Assembly: GCA_030704615.1 (NCBI GenBank)
Contig: CM060733.1
Span: forward strand, 6,324,001-6,388,000
Origin: Takakia lepidozioides
Taxonomy: Eukaryota; Plantae; Bryophyta
Length of the DNA stretch: 64,000 bases
Direction of reading: 5' to 3'
Position numbers and translations under genes: made by a program. The first letter of the stretch is position 1, and each line of letters opens with the position of its first letter. A model generated the notes under the pieces. That model was not told the DNA's origin. It saw only the letters and a list, made by a program, of their open reading frames with translations, and ran no database searches. Positions 59,062-64,000 of this stretch are shown here, one piece after another.

Positions 59062-60754
59062 TGTCAGGCGGGGAGTATGCCTCGGCAACGGTGATGCCAG
59101 CTAAGAATGATATATATGGTAATTGGACAGAAAGAAAGATGTGTGGGGACTACCACCCTGTGAACCGTCAGACAAAGTCCGATAGATATGTCATGCCAAC
59201 TCCAGAGGAGATCTTTGATGTCATTGGGCATGCAAAGGTGTTTAGCACAATGGACCTATGATCCGGTTACCACCACCAGTTGCCAATCAAAGAGGCTGAC
59301 AAGCAAAAGACGGCATTCTGGGGGATTGACCAGCATGGGAAGGATTGTTTGTACCAATGGTGCTTCCTACCATTTGGGTTGAAGAACGCTCATGCAGAGT
59401 TTCAGAGGGTCATGGATAGGATTCTTGCAGGGCTAGACTTCGCCTGGTGCTACATTGATGACATCATCATCTTTAGTGCCACGGTTGAAGAACAAGAGAG
59501 GCACCTTCAGGTGGTGTTTGAGCGTTTGAGGACGCATGGATTGAAACTGCACCCTGGAAAGTGTAAGTTCTTCCACGATCAGATTGAGTATCTGGGCCAC
59601 ATGATATACCATAGAGGATTGGGTGTTCAACAGACAAGGGTGGAGGCCATTGCATGCATTCCATGCCCCATAGATGTAAGCAGAGTTCGTGCTTTCATGG
59701 GGTTGGCAAACTACTATCATCGGTTTGTCAAGGGATTTAACAGCATTGCGAAGGCTCTTACCAAGTTGACCAAGGTGGGTCAGGAGTGGCAGTGGGAGGA
59801 GGAGGAGCAGGAGGAAGCATTTGAGGAACTCAAGGCTCGATTGACTTCTGCACCAGTTTTTGAGGCGGCCTATTCGGGGGTGACATTTCCAGCTACATAC
59901 GGATTGGAGTATGCTGGGGATTGGAGCAGTGTTCACACAGGTGGATGATGAGGGAAGAGAGTTCGTAGTGGCATATGTCAGCCGCTCGAACAATGATGCC
60001 GAGACGAAGTATAGCTCATATGAGGGGGAGTGTCTAGCTGCGGTATGGGCAGTGGCACATTTCAGATGCTACCTCTATGGCAACCTCTTCACCATTGTTA
60101 CGGATCACCAACCATTGAAGTGGTTGATGAAATCAGACAAGCTTACATGGAAGCTTGCACGGTGGACATTTATGCTTCAAAAATACGACTTCCAAGTGGT
60201 GCATCGAGCCGGAATAGTCAACTGGGATGTGGATGGATTGAGTCGCAATCCATGCACAAGTGAGCTTGATGATACATGAGCTCGTTGGCATGATGAGACA
60301 GACAAGGAGATGGTGCCAGGATGGTACGCATCTGCCTTTTTGTGCATTCTAGCAATGGGAGCTCAAGCTGGTGATCCACCCCACATGATTGGTCATAGAG
60401 ATAGTGTGCATTACGATCTAGATATCAGTGAGGAGCTTGGTGGTGCTAAGGATGTGCATGAAGATGCAGCAGTGTGCCAGAGAGACAGTAGTCAGTGTGA
60501 CTGCGAAAGAAAGAGATCGGATTTTACAACAAGCCAAGAGGTTCAAGTGGGAGGGGACTCACCTACTCCGTGTATGGGAGGATGGACGAGTGAGGATTGT
60601 GCCTCATCCAACACAACGAGCGCGATTGGTACGCCATGCCCATGATGAGTTGGGACATTTTGGGGTGCGGCGCACTCATAGTTTGTTGCAAGGCCAGTAC
60701 TGGTGGCGGGGCATACACACGGATATGCAGCAGTTAGTGGCAAGATGCATGGTC

Positions 60755-63700
60755 CACTAGAAGCATTCGTGTCATTTACCACTGGGGTAACAACTCATTT
60801 TGAGTCGTAAAAGTAAAAAAACTGGGATTGACTGGAAGTTACAACAGACGTGGTAGTTGGGTTGGACATCCAATGATTGGAGTGGTAAAGGACGCAGACG
60901 CGCGAACAACTGCTCAGCGATTAATGCGATTAATGCTAAAGAACCACGTGGCGTAACCAGGTGGGCCGCCCGTGTGTCTGACCTTTTGGGCTGACTTTGA
61001 CTTTTCCCCGGATGAGTGGACTGACTTACCCGGGGGCGCGGTGACACATGGACGCGGACGTGGATGCCAATGTGGCGGCGGACGAGCGGCAATGCTGTCG
61101 CGTGGCCACGGGCCCAAGACGCCACATTGCAGTCGGCCACATCACTTGGAGTGCTGCATGTGACGTCGCAACAACCACTGGCGAAGTCGACTGCACAACT
61201 TCCGGCAGACGAATCCACGGGGACCACGTGGAGAGTGTGTGGGTCGACGCGTGGCGTCGTCCCCATGCAATGGCAGTGACGGGTACGACTGCTAGTGGAA
61301 AGACGCAGAGTGCTTGTGCCATCTCGGGACTGCTTTGGCCAACTCTGCTGCCACTGTGCTAGTTGGTTGCACTACAGTAGGAAAGCATGAAAAATGAGCA
61401 CTTGTAGTGGTTTGTATGAGTTTCCAACTGACCTGCATTTTAAGCTGAAAATATGGTTCTGATGCATTCTACTGGTTTTAGTGGTTCGCCCATATGCAGG
61501 GGGAATTGAGAAGCAATGATACTGGGCGAGACTCAGAACACAGACCACGATGCATGCACAACATCACGCTAAACAGTCACCCCGGAGGGCAAAGTTTCGG
61601 TCCCCCTGCAGCTTGGACCAGGCAAACTACCACCCTCTCCCCCTACAGCTTCCCCTTTTCCCCCATCATGAGCAATGACCCCCCCATCGTCCATGTCATC
61701 CCCACCAACTTGCTGGACCTCTCCCTCTTCAACGAGTGGACCCTGCCCCCCACTGTGAATATCATCAACAACAGCCCGGACCTCTGTCACATCCTACCCA
61801 CTACAATTACTTCCTCCTTGTCAGGTACAATGGTCGCAGCAGGGGGTCTTCCATAATGCCACCCGTCACACCCCCTTTTTGCCCCATCATGAGTTCCACT
61901 ATCTTCTTCAGTTGTGCTTCCATTCCCCTCTCCCGCTCTGCAGAGAGAGCCGCAACCCTCTCCAGGGCCCCGATGCGGGCTGCCATTGAGTTCCCCGCTC
62001 CCTACGCATACAAACACCCACCCGTACTGTTAAGCAAGCGCTATAGCAGAAGGTGTTGCACAAAACCAGAAAAAGAGGCCGAATGTGCAGGATTTCAGGC
62101 ATTCGGAGATGGCTGGGTTTGGCAATACACCCCTCCTGTACCATGCGTAGGGCCCCACATACCCACCAAATCTTAGTACAACAACAGATTCATCATGAAA
62201 ACCGGACTTCAAAACATACCTGGCTCAAAACAGACTCTGATGGGGTGCCAGTCGTAGCGTTCTTGCACTCCGCCCCGAGCTCGGACAGTGACAGGCTCCG
62301 CGCTTTGCGTCTTTTCTGTATTTGCCCATCCACACACTGTCAGTACAAAATGCCAGGAGCATATGGACAAAGCATTGCCCTGCATATCACATAACAACTA
62401 ATTCTGCACAAGCAATAAAACCCACTCGTGGGTGTCTCTTCCATCAGAACATGCCACAACGTAAGAGCAATGAGAAGGGTTGAGGGAGATTACCAAATGG
62501 GCTGCTTGGCCTGCAACTCCTGCCCGGCCCCAACGCGAGGGGTTCGTGACACAAGCACGCGCTTGCTTCATCCCTTCAGCCTTTGCAAGTCCACGAGGGG
62601 ACTCCCAGTAGGCAACAAGCTTATCCCAATAGGCGGGTTCAGTGTTCATTGGCCTCACACCAGTCTTCGCCCATTTATCTTTCAGTTTTGCTCTTTCTCC
62701 TTTCATTATCTTCCCACATTGCTTCACTATAAAATCACGATTGGCAGGGATAGGTGTGTACTCGTACATTCCATTTATGCCCTCTATTACTGTTGACATG
62801 GCACTCTGGGACTGCTGGTCAATGTCTTGTACGCTTGAGTCAAGGTAACGCAATGCCAGGCCACGCAAATCACGCTGCCAGTGTTCCTTACCTTCGCAGC
62901 CAGCATTGATGACTCCATTTCCATGCACCTCCACCTTGTGGCGCTTTAGCCCTGCAGCCACCCTTCCCTCTCCATCTCCTTCCCATTGTTTCATGGCATG
63001 GCGTCGTTCCTTCCTCAGCTCTGATGTCCGTTTCCTGCCCCCATGCTCTGGAGCAGCGCCGTCATACGTTGTGGGGGGTGACTGATGTGTGCCGGGGGGG
63101 GAGGGCCGTATGGAGATGTGGGAGGCCCCCATTGTGACGTGGCAACATCAGGAAGCCAGCGCCATGACCCCGAAGCAGGGGGGCTCCCCATGGTGCACTT
63201 TGTTGTGGAGACCATCCGGCAGGGGGTGGGTGCCAAGGTTGGTGTTGGTTGGCATTGTGTGGTGGCTGTGAGTGCTTTGCTGCAGCTTCACTCCCCTTCC
63301 GCTGCCAAAACATCCCACACACAAGGTGCATCAGCTGTAGTCCTACTGAACACAACGTCACCAGAGCACAAACCATCCCACAACCACAACTATGGATTGG
63401 CTGACCTCAAACCCACTCCCCTGCAGCGCAAGTGCCAAAAACTGAAAAGGAGAGGGACAGAATGTCCTCAACATGTAAGCCCATTCATTGGTGAAGAAAC
63501 AGAATGTGGGCGGGTTCACATCAGTACCACATGAAACTTACCAGGAAACAGAACATCCATCCGGGTTTTGCACATATCCAGTGGACATCTATTCACACAA
63601 TCAGCAAATGGCTGTATGGCGGAGCCCAGCAACGGAGCCCCAAAAGGCCTAAAGACTCTCAATGTTGGTAAACACAGGTGCAGACACAATTCAATTGAAA

Positions 63701-64000
63701 GGATATTGCAGACCTAGCCTCGTTGGAGTTATCAACGCATATAGCAAATGCGTACTCCAACGCAGGTGCAATGACGTGACAAAGCAACATTTCCTTGACC
63801 TAAAAACTAGTCCCTCTGCACACAGTGGTAGACCTGAAGGTTTTTCCACGATGTCCTCCCCCATGTCACAAATTGAAAACATGTTCAGGGATGTTTTCTG
63901 CCTAACTTCATTTTCTGCCCAATCAGATCTCCTCTACGCTGATGATGTTGCCCTTTTGGCACAATCCCCGGTCTTTCTGCAACGCCATCTCAAAATTTTG
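60755..64000 (-). mobile_element. CACTA (En/Spm) element running off the window, with a TnpA/Ptta-like ORF at 62398-63132
   Basis: CACTAG terminus where integrase homology stops abruptly; ccactg/tagtgg subterminal motifs; WDKLVAYWES..KAEGMKQAR..SRWGRAG resembles Ptta/En/Spm proteins. Confidence 0.7.

Larger units (their letters stand above)
50927..60754 (+). mobile_element. Second, diverged copy of the DNMT-carrying Ty3/Gypsy family; cut off at the integrase by a CACTA insertion
   Basis: Begins TGTC with a B-homologous repeat (50927-51290); gag 54157-55806 with two Cys/His knuckles; inverted protease; DNMT about 56880-57900; RT/RNaseH 57950-60250; integrase HHCC start 60480-60754. Confidence 0.88.

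Overview
Eukaryotic nuclear DNA from a land plant, probably seed-free (it has an intact PLS-DYW RNA-editing PPR gene and spliceosomal introns). Most of the window is nested, decayed transposons. Two host genes are recognisable: a PLS-DYW PPR gene (36850-39780, +) and a 9-exon gene the ORF track misses, encoding zinc finger + PHD + SAP30 Sin3-binding domain (45712-48243, +). Two mobile systems carry DNA methyltransferases. (1) A Ty3/Gypsy family with two diverged copies (4295-13804 minus; 50927-60754 plus) has a C5 cytosine methyltransferase between protease and RT, and copy 1 has a PHD finger after the integrase. Both copies have a self-complementary primer-binding site with compensatory changes. 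The complete copy has permuted termini (B-internal-A-B-A, 4-bp TSD), consistent with integration of a 2-LTR circle at an internal palindromic site. (2) An intron-rich ParB/Srx-like + beta-class N4C/N6A methyltransferase pseudogene (2326-16696) has a homologous 5' fragment lying head-to-head with a GCM-DDE-SWIM Mutator-like transposase (28111-31592); a recurring ~26-bp palindrome marks both loci. Other remnants: a second Gypsy, a chromovirus, an L1-like LINE and two CACTA elements. All calls come from manual motif reading; no searches were run.
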